A stretch of 64,000 bases of DNA from positions 2,792 through 66,791 of the forward strand of contig CAZMXT010000004.1 of NCBI GenBank assembly GCA_964570365.1. Reading direction: 5' to 3'. A model generated the notes under the pieces. It was not told where the DNA came from. It worked only from the letters and a program-made list of their open reading frames with translations, and did not search any database. This document shows, piece after piece, positions 9,604-18,454 of this stretch. The translations under genes were made by a program, and so were the position numbers. The stretch comes from an uncultured Pseudomonadales bacterium. Lineage in GTDB: Bacteria; Patescibacteriota; Microgenomatia; UBA1400; PJMF01. Position 1 is the first letter of the stretch; each line of letters begins with the position of its first letter.

Positions 9604-11289
9604 TTAAAGCTCATCACCTTCGGTAGTGGGTTCCAAGAATACTTCATCGCTCTTGGCCAGGGTTTTGCGCCAGTTGCCTAATTTATCGAGAATATTTTGT
9701 AAGATATACAGCTCTCGAATATCGAACAACATGGCAAAGTAAGTGTAAACCAGCATGCCAATAGTGCCTGTGGTGAGAGTAAGCAGTATTAACTCAACTG
9801 TGCGACTGGTGTCAAAAACTAACTCATCCAAAATTCTAAACGGCAAGTAAAGAAAGATTGCCATGAAAAAGCTGGCAGTTATCATTTTTAGCTGTGGAAT
9901 CCAGAACGCTTTTCTAGCAAAACCCATTACTTTTTGGTCTAGACAGTATAAGAATAGCAACATTTCACCGATGTTGGACATGGTAATTGCGAGTGCCATG
10001 CCAATCACTCCCAGCTTCATCTGAAAAGCAAAGAGCCAACTCAAAAATAAGTAGGTCACCACAGTTAAAAAAGTAATGAAAAGCGGTGTCTTGGTGTCTT
10101 TCAGGGCATGAAAAGATCTAATCAGCAACTGCACAATTGCCTGTGCTGCTATAGAAAGCGAGATAATCGCTACTACCCGGCCGGTGGTGAGCGTGGTGGC
10201 CCAAGGAAAGTTATGAGTGCCATATGCAATTCGGACAATCGGAATCCGCAGAATTAATAAGAGAACGGCTGCCGGAAAAGCAAAAAAAGAAATTTGGTGT
10301 ATAGACTTGAGTACTAAATCCCGGAATCGACCCAGGTCCTTCTCATCGGCCTCATCAGCTAAGAACGGTAAAGCTGCCTGGCTAATTGGCACGCCAAAGA
10401 AGCGAATAGGCATCGTCATCAGGGAAAAAGCCAGGTTCATAACGACATAACTTAAGTTTCCGATTGAAGTCGTAAAGTAGCCATTGGCTAATTGTTGCAG
10501 TTGGCTTATGGCTAAGCTGGAAGTGCGGGCAGGGGTCAGCTTATAGGTATTTCTTACACCTGCGTGACGAAATGAAATCGCAAATCTAAAACGGAAACCG
10601 AGTTTATAGGCCAATGGTAACTGGATCAGCATATGAAGCGCAGCGCCAATTACTACTCCAATCCCAGCAGCATAAATTCCAAAGCGATCGGAAAGAGTGT
10701 ATGCCCCAATCAGAATTCCAACATTGTAAAAAATGGGAGAGAGCGCAGGTAAAATAAAACGCTTATAAGATTGCAACATCCCAGTCATAAAGTTGGAGAT
10801 GGCAAAAAAGAACTGTGCAGCCAGCATGATCCTGGTTAAGTTTGCTGCAATCTGCACCTGCTCCGAAGTAAATGCTGCACCAGTTCTCAGGCGAGTGAAT
10901 GGCTCGGCAAATATAAAAACGAAGATCGAAACCACTAGAAAGAAGAGTAAAACGCTGGTCATCATCAGGCTCATATAGCGTTGCTCCTCTGCCTTATCAT
11001 GTTTGTAGCTGGCGAGCATCGGGATAAAAGCTGCCGAAACCGCACCTAAAACAATCAACTGAAACATCAAATCAGGAATTTGGAAGGCAACCAGAAATGC
11101 CTCAAATGCTTGCTGGGAGCTGGGAGTGTCAAAAAAATGCGAAATGAGCAGCCGCTGGCGAATTACCCCCGAGAGTGATGAAACAATATTGGCAATCGTA
11201 ATGACAACAGCAGCTGACAAAATGCTAGTTTGCTGTCCTTCGAGCCAGTCAGTGTACGAGGTAAATAATTTAGGGAGACGGAAGACCAT
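9604..11289 (-). CDS. murJ: lipid II flippase MurJ (MviN family)
   Basis: 561-aa polytopic membrane protein. The N-terminus (ILSAAVVITIANIVSSLSGVIRQRLLISHF) is typical of MurJ/MviN. Confidence 0.85.
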   Translation of the reverse strand: MVFRLPKLFTSYTDWLEGQQTSILSAAVVITIANIVSSLSGVIRQRLLISHFFDTPSSQQAFEAFLVAFQIPDLMFQLIVLGAVSAAFIPMLASYKHDKAEEQRYMSLMMTSVLLFFLVVSIFVFIFAEPFTRLRTGAAFTSEQVQIAANLTRIMLAAQFFFAISNFMTGMLQSYKRFILPALSPIFYNVGILIGAYTLSDRFGIYAAGIGVVIGAALHMLIQLPLAYKLGFRFRFAISFRHAGVRNTYKLTPARTSSLAISQLQQLANGYFTTSIGNLSYVVMNLAFSLMTMPIRFFGVPISQAALPFLADEADEKDLGRFRDLVLKSIHQISFFAFPAAVLLLILRIPIVRIAYGTHNFPWATTLTTGRVVAIISLSIAAQAIVQLLIRSFHALKDTKTPLFITFLTVVTYLFLSWLFAFQMKLGVIGMALAITMSNIGEMLLFLYCLDQKVMGFARKAFWIPQLKMITASFFMAIFLYLPFRILDELVFDTSRTVELILLTLTTGTIGMLVYTYFAMLFDIRELYILQNILDKLGNWRKTLAKSDEVFLEPTTEGDEL

Positions 11290-11345
11290 ACACAGAGTAT
11301 ATGCTCAAGCGAGCTTCCTGACCACTTTTAGAGTTTAGGAGAAGT

Positions 11346-11723
11346 TTACTTTTTGTTTACTGAGCAGGTTCCACCTGGCAAGCAAACAGTTTCTCTCGGG
11401 CAAGGATTGGTAGAGCTACAGCGTGGAGGTAATCCAGGACGCAGGCCATTATCAGGAGGGGCAGGTGAAACAGGGCTGGTTCCGGGTTCGTCTGGCCTTG
11501 AGAATTGCACGCACCTACCAGAAATACACATCTGTCCGATGGAGCAAGCCGGCTTGCAAGTTAAGGCGTAGGCCTGCTGTCTCAAATCTTGATTTTGAGT
11601 AGATAAGAATATTGCTGCAATTCCCCCAAATGAGACTAAAATTAGGAAAAGTATGCCAACTATGGTGCCAATTGAAAACTTTTACTGAGATCTTTTGAAG
11701 GTGCTATTTGAAGAAGGTTTCAT
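11346..11723 (-). pseudogene. small secreted Cys-rich peptide gene interrupted by an in-frame TAA after codon 13 (or with non-canonical start)
   Basis: ATG at 11721-11723 encodes MKPSSNSTFKRSQ, then TAA at 11682-11684. Downstream in the same frame comes a 22-residue hydrophobic h-region, an AYA cleavage-like site, then an 8-Cys domain (CKPACSIGQMCISGRC / CSSTNPCPRETVCLPGGTC). The tool-reported ORF 11346..11585 starts at a TTG. Confidence 0.35.
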
Positions 11724-11838
11724 TTACTAAAGTTAAGTATAGGAGAAAAATTATTGATCAGTCAACAGAGGTTTGAATTTCTGGCTGATATCTAGTACAA
11801 TTGCGTATTGATCATTCGTAAGCACATGAGGATACAAC

Positions 11839-12081
11839 ATGCCAATTCTAAAAAATGCCAAAAAAGCTCTCAGAGTAAGTAAAAAGCGTGCTGCTTCTAA
11901 CTTACCAGTCAAGTCTCGTTTAAAGACTTCTTTTGACAAAGCCAAAAAGACCTCATCTCCAGAGACCATGGCGAAAGCTTTCTCAGCTATTGATAAAGCA
12001 GTTCGCAAGCATATTATTCACAAGAAAAAGGCCGCCCGGCTAAAAAGCCAAGTTTCCCGTTTTGCGGCGAAGTCAGCTTAA
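11839..12081 (+). CDS. rpsT: 30S ribosomal protein S20
   Basis: 80-aa basic protein. MPILKNAKKALRVSKKRAASN is the S20 signature. Confidence 0.9.
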   Translation: MPILKNAKKALRVSKKRAASNLPVKSRLKTSFDKAKKTSSPETMAKAFSAIDKAVRKHIIHKKKAARLKSQVSRFAAKSA

Positions 12082-12102
12082 TCTGGGTACCCCACAGGTG
12101 CC

Positions 12103-13875
12103 ATGACTACTCAAATTCGTAACTTCTCAATTATTGCTCACATTGACCATGGCAAAACTACCTTGACTGATCGGCTTTTACATCTGACTGGTACTGTTTC
12201 TGACCGTGATCTCACTGAGCGTTTAATGGACAGTAATCCAATTGAAAAAGAGCGGGGAATTACGATTAAGCTCGCTCCAGTTCGCATGGAGTACCAAGAT
12301 TTTATCTTCAACTTAATAGACACTCCTGGACACGTTGATTTTGGCTATGAAGTGAGTCGGTCCTTGGCTGCATGTGAGGGTGCGTTGCTGATAGTCGATG
12401 CGACGCAGGGTATCCAAGCCCAGACGTTATCTAACTTTGAGAAAGCCAAAGAGCTTGGTCTAGACATTATTCCGATTATTAACAAGATTGATCTTCCTTC
12501 TGCCGATATTGACGCAGCAACTTTAGACTTGATGGAGATTTTTGGAATGAAGGAAGAAGAAGTCATTGCCGTCTCGGCTAAAACTGGCCAAAACGTAGCT
12601 GCAATTTTAGAACAGATCAAGACAAGAGTTCGACAGCCCAGTGGGGACATTACCAAACCGTTAAAAGCGCTGGTTTTTACCTCCAAATTTAGTCAACACA
12701 AAGGCGTCATTGCCTACGTGAAAGTAGTGGATGGGGTTTTAGACAAAAGTAAAATGCGGCTTCTGACTACTGGGGAAAGCTTCTTACCCGTGGAAATTGG
12801 CGTTTTCTCTCCCCAGATGGTGCCAGTGGAACGGCTTTGTGCTGGAGAAGTTGGCTATGTCTGTACTGGACTGAAAAATGTCACAGAAGTTCGGGTCGGA
12901 GATACTGTGACTCAAGAAAAATTTGCTGACAGAGTGTCGCGGCTGCCAGGCTATAAAGAGCCATTGGCTATGGTGTACATGGAGTTTTATCCAATTGATG
13001 GCGATGACTTTGTGTTGCTGCAGGACGCGATGGCGAAGCTGGCACTTCATGATGCTGCTTTACGCTTTGCAGCTACTCACTCACCTGCGTTAGGAAATGG
13101 TTTGCGGGTAGGCTTTTTAGGCATCTTGCATGCAGAAATTGTCAGAGAACGACTGGAACGTGAGTTTGATATTGAGCTCATTGCTACCTCACCTTCAGTC
13201 ACGTACAAGATCGTAAAAATGGATGGAGAAGAGATTGAAGTCAGAACTCCAGCTGAAATGCCAGACCCCAGTCAAATTAAAGAAATTCACGAGCCAATGA
13301 CGAGATCTGTTGTTTTTACGCCAAAAGAATACCTGGGTGCAGTGATGCAGCTGAGCGAAGATCATCGGGGCAAGTTAATTGCGGTGCATGACATAGGTTC
13401 GCGGGTCAAAATTGAGTATGACTTGCCATTAGCAGAGCTGATTATCCAGTTTCACGATAAATTAAAGTCAATTTCTTCAGGTTTTGCTTCCCTAGAGTAT
13501 GAGTTAACCAACTTTGTGAAGGTTGATGCCATTAAGTTAAGCGTCATGGTCCAACACGAGACGATTGAGGCTTTGTCAGTCATTGTGGTAAGAGAGGATG
13601 CAGAAAAAATTGGCAGAAGCATCGTCCATAAACTCAAAGAAGTAATTCCCAAACAACTTTTTGAGATTCCGATTCAAGCCGCCATCGGCGGAAAAGTGAT
13701 CGCTCGCGAGACAATTAGTGCGTATCGCAAAGATGTAACGGCACATTTATATGGTGGTGACGTAACTCGTCGCCAGAAACTGCTGAAGAAGCAAGTGAAG
13801 GGGAAAAAGCGAATGAAAGAAATTGGAAAAGTCACTTTGAATCAGGAAGCTTTTATGGCAGTTTTGGAAAGATAA
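12103..13875 (+). CDS. lepA: elongation factor 4 (LepA)
   Basis: G-domain motifs (AHIDHGKTTL, DTPGH, NKID) and a LepA-specific C-terminal domain. 590 aa. Confidence 0.95.
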   Translation: MTTQIRNFSIIAHIDHGKTTLTDRLLHLTGTVSDRDLTERLMDSNPIEKERGITIKLAPVRMEYQDFIFNLIDTPGHVDFGYEVSRSLAACEGALLIVDATQGIQAQTLSNFEKAKELGLDIIPIINKIDLPSADIDAATLDLMEIFGMKEEEVIAVSAKTGQNVAAILEQIKTRVRQPSGDITKPLKALVFTSKFSQHKGVIAYVKVVDGVLDKSKMRLLTTGESFLPVEIGVFSPQMVPVERLCAGEVGYVCTGLKNVTEVRVGDTVTQEKFADRVSRLPGYKEPLAMVYMEFYPIDGDDFVLLQDAMAKLALHDAALRFAATHSPALGNGLRVGFLGILHAEIVRERLEREFDIELIATSPSVTYKIVKMDGEEIEVRTPAEMPDPSQIKEIHEPMTRSVVFTPKEYLGAVMQLSEDHRGKLIAVHDIGSRVKIEYDLPLAELIIQFHDKLKSISSGFASLEYELTNFVKVDAIKLSVMVQHETIEALSVIVVREDAEKIGRSIVHKLKEVIPKQLFEIPIQAAIGGKVIARETISAYRKDVTAHLYGGDVTRRQKLLKKQVKGKKRMKEIGKVTLNQEAFMAVLER

Positions 13876-13896
13876 GGTACAATTGCCTGTATTATT

Positions 13897-14616
13897 ATGC
13901 CGGAAATCTTTAACTCAGCGGCTCAACCTAGTTCCTCAGATACTCAGATACAGCCTGTCGTGGCTGTATCTGCAGCTTCCTCTGAAAAAGAATCTAAAAA
14001 GAAGCTTAGTCGTCATGTAGATGAGTATTCTCTAGTGATGAGGCAGGCAACCCCATCCTCTAGTTCGTTAAAAGCCTATACTGCAAAGCCAACCGACACT
14101 TTTTTCGATTCTCAGCAACGTGATGAAGTCGTTTTACTTTTACTCCGTCAGCATCCAGTCACTCAAGTGAAGTGGGTATTTATCGGAATTATTTTAGCGC
14201 TAGTTCCGTTCCTGCTTTCTTTTGTGGGGTTTCTCGAATTTTTACCACTTCGTTTCCAATTCGTAGCAACCCTAGGTTGGTACTTATTGGTTTTTGGGTA
14301 TAGCTTAGAAGCTTTTTTGAACTGGTTTTACAACGTCTATATCATTACTGATGAGCGAGTCATCGATGTAGATTTTCACTCCTTATTATTTAAGAACGTC
14401 TCCTATGCCAAGATTGATAATATTGAGGACATCTCAGCTACTACTAGCGGAGCGCTCGGTTCTATTTTTGATTATGGTACTGTCCGAATCCAAACAGCGG
14501 GTGCTGTCACGGAGTTTGATTTTGAGCATGTTCCACACCCAAGCAGAGTTACTGCATTCTTAAACGAGCTATTACTGGAAGAAGAGCAAGAGAACTTAGA
14601 CGGGAGGGCCAACTAA
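13897..14616 (+). CDS. membrane protein with bacterial PH (bPH_2/YdbT-like) domain
   Basis: Two TM helices followed by a YdbS/YdbT-like PH domain (ITDERVIDVDF...TVRIQTAG). Confidence 0.6.
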   Translation: MPEIFNSAAQPSSSDTQIQPVVAVSAASSEKESKKKLSRHVDEYSLVMRQATPSSSSLKAYTAKPTDTFFDSQQRDEVVLLLLRQHPVTQVKWVFIGIILALVPFLLSFVGFLEFLPLRFQFVATLGWYLLVFGYSLEAFLNWFYNVYIITDERVIDVDFHSLLFKNVSYAKIDNIEDISATTSGALGSIFDYGTVRIQTAGAVTEFDFEHVPHPSRVTAFLNELLLEEEQENLDGRAN

Positions 14617-14852
14617 TGTTCCCAGAACTACCGCCGATCTCCCTAACTTCAATTATATTGGACTCAGTCAGGATTATGTTCTTCCTGGGTTTTTTCCTCT
14701 ATCTGATCTTCGCATTTATTGCTGTTCGTCAAATTGACATTATGCGTAAAACTGTAGTTACTCCTTTTGCTGGAGTGATTCAAATTATTGGAATGCTTCA
14801 CTTACTCCTAGCTTTTGGATTATTAATTTTCTCTTTTATTTATCTGGCTTAA
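14616..14852 (+). CDS. small two-TM membrane protein
   Basis: 78 aa with two hydrophobic helices. Its start overlaps the stop of the upstream gene. Confidence 0.4.
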   Translation: MFPELPPISLTSIILDSVRIMFFLGFFLYLIFAFIAVRQIDIMRKTVVTPFAGVIQIIGMLHLLLAFGLLIFSFIYLA

Positions 14853-14878
14853 CCGTATTCGTGGTAAAATAATTTTCA

Positions 14879-16693
14879 ATGTACGGGCTTCAACAGTATC
14901 CTGTTACAACTCAAGCTACTCCAACAACCTACTCGTTAGTTGTCATCAATGAGCTGCGGACTTTTGTGGTATCGGCAGTAATCACTGCGCCAGATGCGCT
15001 TGCAGCAGCTGAATGGTTTCGTGACGAAGTGAAATCCAGCCAAGTGAGTACCAGTCTCGAACTGCACCAAGCTATCCAACGTTGGATAGCTGAAGCACGT
15101 CAGCAGGAGCGAAAGCTGCATGTAAGTGCCGCAGTTTTCAATGACAAAAATTGCTCATTTTGTACGCTGAGTGGGGCAGTGCTCTTAAAAAGAGGCTCTA
15201 AGGTGGGTACATTGCTAAGTTCAGCCACAGAGGCTGAGGTGATTGAAGGGGGGCATAGGAGTGGAGACATCTTTATTCTAGTAGCGAACTCTGAGGAACT
15301 TGAACTGAGCCAGATCCAGCAACTGACAACTCAGCAGAAAAGTACCTTAGGAATCCTAGAAAAATTAGAGACCCTTGTAGCGCAGAACGTCACTGGAGTG
15401 ACGATTGCAGTGGTTACTTTTGGCGAAGATGCTGAATCTGGGAGTAGTTCAGCCCCGGGTAAATCATTTGAAACAAACAAGGGAAAATTTACGAGCTCCG
15501 TCACCCAGCTACTTCAGAGAACTTTGCTCCGAATCAAGCAACTTCATCGGGAACTTTTTTCTCAAGATGCAGCTGTGCGAAAGCGACTCATCCGAAAGCT
15601 TTTTAAAATCATCTTTCCATTTATGCTCGTCTTAGTGATCTTGGGGGTGATCCTATTTTTCCTTCGTTCCCAGACTGCAGCTCGCGAGCGTCAGATCCAG
15701 AGTATTCTAGAGCCGGTTCGGACGCAGCTACAGCAGGCTCGCGTTGAGCTCCATCAGAATCCGGTTCTGGCACGAGAGCAAACAGAAGAAGTGATCGCTA
15801 CACTTGATCAGCTGAGCGAGCAACACAAAAGCCAGCGAGCAATTTCCCGGGCGATCACGGCAGAAAGAGAGTCAGTCCGGCAGTTTTATGATCAAATTTC
15901 TGGACAACAGGAGTTCTCAGTGCTGCCGACATTTTTTGACCTGCGCTTTGTCCAGTCCAGCTTGATCGCAAATACCTTCGATCTTCATGGTGAGACGATG
16001 ATCTTTTTAGATAAAGGACAGAAGAAAATTTTAGCTTTGAATGTGGCTCGTAAGCAGCCCACCTTGCTCCCAACTGGAGATCAAGAAATGTTGAAAGACA
16101 TTGCTTTTAATGAGAAAGAGCTTTTTATTCTGAGTAATGGAATTTTTAGATTTGATCTTTCCTCTTCAGAGTTAGCCAAGGAAGTAAGAGCTAAAGAGGA
16201 GGCCAATGAGGCTGGTGAGCAACTTCGACTTTTTGATCAATTTCTGTATGTTTTAAATAAAGAGCGACGAAATATTTATCGTTATACAATTGACAAAGAT
16301 GGTAAGTTTTCTGATCCAATTGGCTGGTTACAGTCAAGTCAGGATCTTGATTTTCCCAGCATCCAAACGTTTGCGGTTGATGGAGATCTTTGGATATCTA
16401 CTCAGACAGGTGAGATTAAAAAATTTAGTAGTGGTCGTCAGGTGGAGTTTTCAACGGTCGGCTTAAAAGAAAATTTTTCATCTCCAATTACCCTTTTCAC
16501 CAAGGCAGACTTAAAAAACCTGTATATATTGGAGCCACAGAAAAATCGGGTGGTGGTGCTGAGCAAGGCGGGAGAGTTTGTTAAAGAGATTAGGAGTAGT
16601 ACGTTAGCCTCAGTAACCGACGTTGTTGCCGAAGAGACTCAAGGTAAAATCTTTGCTTTAAGTGGATCCTTGGTTTTTGAGATTCAACTGTAG
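14879..16693 (+). CDS. hypothetical bitopic membrane protein (cytoplasmic N-domain, extracytoplasmic beta-rich C-domain)
   Basis: 604-aa ORF with a single central TM (IIFPFMLVLVILGVILFFL). No recognisable motifs. Confidence 0.5.
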   Translation: MYGLQQYPVTTQATPTTYSLVVINELRTFVVSAVITAPDALAAAEWFRDEVKSSQVSTSLELHQAIQRWIAEARQQERKLHVSAAVFNDKNCSFCTLSGAVLLKRGSKVGTLLSSATEAEVIEGGHRSGDIFILVANSEELELSQIQQLTTQQKSTLGILEKLETLVAQNVTGVTIAVVTFGEDAESGSSSAPGKSFETNKGKFTSSVTQLLQRTLLRIKQLHRELFSQDAAVRKRLIRKLFKIIFPFMLVLVILGVILFFLRSQTAARERQIQSILEPVRTQLQQARVELHQNPVLAREQTEEVIATLDQLSEQHKSQRAISRAITAERESVRQFYDQISGQQEFSVLPTFFDLRFVQSSLIANTFDLHGETMIFLDKGQKKILALNVARKQPTLLPTGDQEMLKDIAFNEKELFILSNGIFRFDLSSSELAKEVRAKEEANEAGEQLRLFDQFLYVLNKERRNIYRYTIDKDGKFSDPIGWLQSSQDLDFPSIQTFAVDGDLWISTQTGEIKKFSSGRQVEFSTVGLKENFSSPITLFTKADLKNLYILEPQKNRVVVLSKAGEFVKEIRSSTLASVTDVVAEETQGKIFALSGSLVFEIQL

Positions 16694-16721
16694 TTCGGTA
16701 ATCAGCCGAGTCTTCCTTGCG

Positions 16722-17174
16722 CTATCGAATTTTCACCTTTTCTTTTAATTCGCGCTCTAAATCTCTTTTGATATCACGTTGACGTAGCTCTGCTCGGCGT
16801 TCAAACTGCTTTTTCCCTCTGCCCAAGCCAACTTTCAGCTTAATGTTTCTACCCGCCAAATGAAACTGGAGTGGTACTAAAGTATAGCCTTTCTGGGCCA
16901 TCATCTCGCCCAGATTAAGAATCTCCTTTTTTTTCAGGAGCAACTTGCGCGTTCGTTTCGGATCATAATCTCGATTATCAGCATAGGTGTACGGGGTAAT
17001 TTGGGCATTTAATAAGAAGGCCTCTTCACCAATGATCTTGACATAACTTCCAGTAAAACTGCCACTACCTTTGCGCAAACTCTTGACTTCGCCACCAGAA
17101 AGCATGATCCCAGCTGAGTACTGCTCAAGGATCTCATACTCTTGTCTAGCTTTACGATTTTCTAACAACATCAT
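16722..17174 (-). CDS. smpB: SsrA-binding protein SmpB
   Basis: 150 aa. Conserved SmpB core (NRKARQEYEILE...GEVKSLR...KLLLKKKE). Confidence 0.9.
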   Translation of the reverse strand: MMLLENRKARQEYEILEQYSAGIMLSGGEVKSLRKGSGSFTGSYVKIIGEEAFLLNAQITPYTYADNRDYDPKRTRKLLLKKKEILNLGEMMAQKGYTLVPLQFHLAGRNIKLKVGLGRGKKQFERRAELRQRDIKRDLERELKEKVKIR

Positions 17175-17270
17175 AGGCGCATTATACAGATAGAGTGAAG
17201 ATTAGACTCGAGCTTGCAAAATATGGCTCTAATCTTGATAATGGAGTTATACAGTAGTTAAAAGGAAATT

Positions 17271-17501
17271 ATGCCCAAAAAATATTTTTGGCCCGCTTCA
17301 ATGGTTTCAATGGGATTGATCGTTCTTGCTTCAAACATGGGTTTGCTTCCATACGAGTTTCGCCAGTTATGGCCCCTAATCTTAATTGTGTGTGGTCTAG
17401 GTGGTTTACTGGTTGCTGATAGAGATGAGTGGTTAGTAGATGTCAAATCTACTCGAACTGCTGCTCGCAAAACTGCTCCTGCTGCGAAGAGGAGAAGATA
17501 G
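17271..17501 (+). CDS. small membrane protein
   Basis: 76 aa with two hydrophobic segments and a basic tail. Preferred over the overlapping antisense ORF 17258..17545 because of strand context with cmk. Confidence 0.4.
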   Translation: MPKKYFWPASMVSMGLIVLASNMGLLPYEFRQLWPLILIVCGLGGLLVADRDEWLVDVKSTRTAARKTAPAAKRRR

Positions 17502-18191
17502 ATGCCGTTGCATATTGCGATCGATGGTCCAGTTGCCGCTGGCAAAGGGACTGTAGCTCGTTTGGTTGCCCAGCGACTTGGTTTACTCTACATCGACACT
17601 GGCGCGATGTATCGGATGACGGCGTTATTGGCAACACGTCATCAGGTGGATTGTAGTGATGAAGCCAAAATTCTCGATTTGCTGGCTCAATCCAAGATGC
17701 ATATGCGTAACCCTATTGGGGAAGAGCAGGATGGTCGTTTGAGCACTGTTCTGTTAAACGATGAAGATGTGTCCTGGGAGATTCGCACCGAGAAAATCAG
17801 TGTTGGGAGCTCTAAGGTCGCAGCTCTAAAAGGCGTCCGAGAGTTTCTCGTCAGTAAACAACAGCAAATTGCCAATGATCAAGACGTGGTGATGGAAGGT
17901 CGAGATATTACCTATAAAGTTTTACCGAACGCCAATCTGAAAATTTACTTAACTGCTACGCCAGAAGTTCGAGCCAAACGTCGCCACTTTGAGCTCCAGT
18001 CCCGAGGTCAAGATGTGAGTTATGAAGATGTCTATCAGGACTTGCTTCGTCGAGACGAACAAGATACAACTAGGAATGTTGACCCGTTAAAAATAGTCAG
18101 TGATGCATGGATGCTCGATACAACGAACTTAACCATCGAAGAAGTCGTGGACTTAATAGTTAAACGCGCTCAGCCTTTACGTTCATCATGA
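17502..18191 (+). CDS. cmk: cytidylate kinase
   Basis: IAIDGPVAAGKGTVARLVAQRLGLLYIDTGAMYR is the cmk signature. It terminates with TGA, confirming TGA is a stop in this genome. Confidence 0.9.
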   Translation: MPLHIAIDGPVAAGKGTVARLVAQRLGLLYIDTGAMYRMTALLATRHQVDCSDEAKILDLLAQSKMHMRNPIGEEQDGRLSTVLLNDEDVSWEIRTEKISVGSSKVAALKGVREFLVSKQQQIANDQDVVMEGRDITYKVLPNANLKIYLTATPEVRAKRRHFELQSRGQDVSYEDVYQDLLRRDEQDTTRNVDPLKIVSDAWMLDTTNLTIEEVVDLIVKRAQPLRSS

Positions 18192-18454
18192 AATTTTTTT
18201 CCCGAGGCAAGAAAAACGAGGCAGAAGAGCAGGAAGTATCGCCTGATGATGAGTTATTAGATAAAATTGATGAGCTCCAAAAAACCACTCAAGAAATAGA
18301 GGAAGAAAAATATCAAAAGAAGCTCGCTCGTGAGGAACGAAAGTTCCACAAAGAGCAGGCGTTGAAGCGCAAAAAACGCGAACGTTGGGTTGCGCCAGTT
18401 CTATTACTCCTGACAATACTCGTTTCCTACTTGGTGTGGATTTTTTCTCGTTAA
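18188..18454 (+). CDS. small coiled-coil protein with C-terminal TM helix
   Basis: 88 aa, start overlapping the cmk stop (ATGA). Charged coiled-coil followed by a hydrophobic tail. Confidence 0.4.
   Translation: MKFFSRGKKNEAEEQEVSPDDELLDKIDELQKTTQEIEEEKYQKKLAREERKFHKEQALKRKKRERWVAPVLLLLTILVSYLVWIFSR

Noticed and set aside
11353-11571. 72-aa plus-strand ORF opposite the Cys-rich peptide gene
   Set aside because: Its translation is featureless. The minus-strand frame carries a signal peptide, an AxA site and a regular Cys pattern.
17175-17270. Possible tmRNA (ssrA) next to smpB
   Set aside because: The intergenic space is under 100 nt, far too short for a roughly 350-nt tmRNA. No tRNA-like acceptor arm was seen.
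17258-17545. 95-aa minus-strand ORF overlapping the small membrane protein and the cmk start
   Set aside because: It overlaps the start of a well-supported cmk gene. The plus-strand ORF fits operon orientation better.
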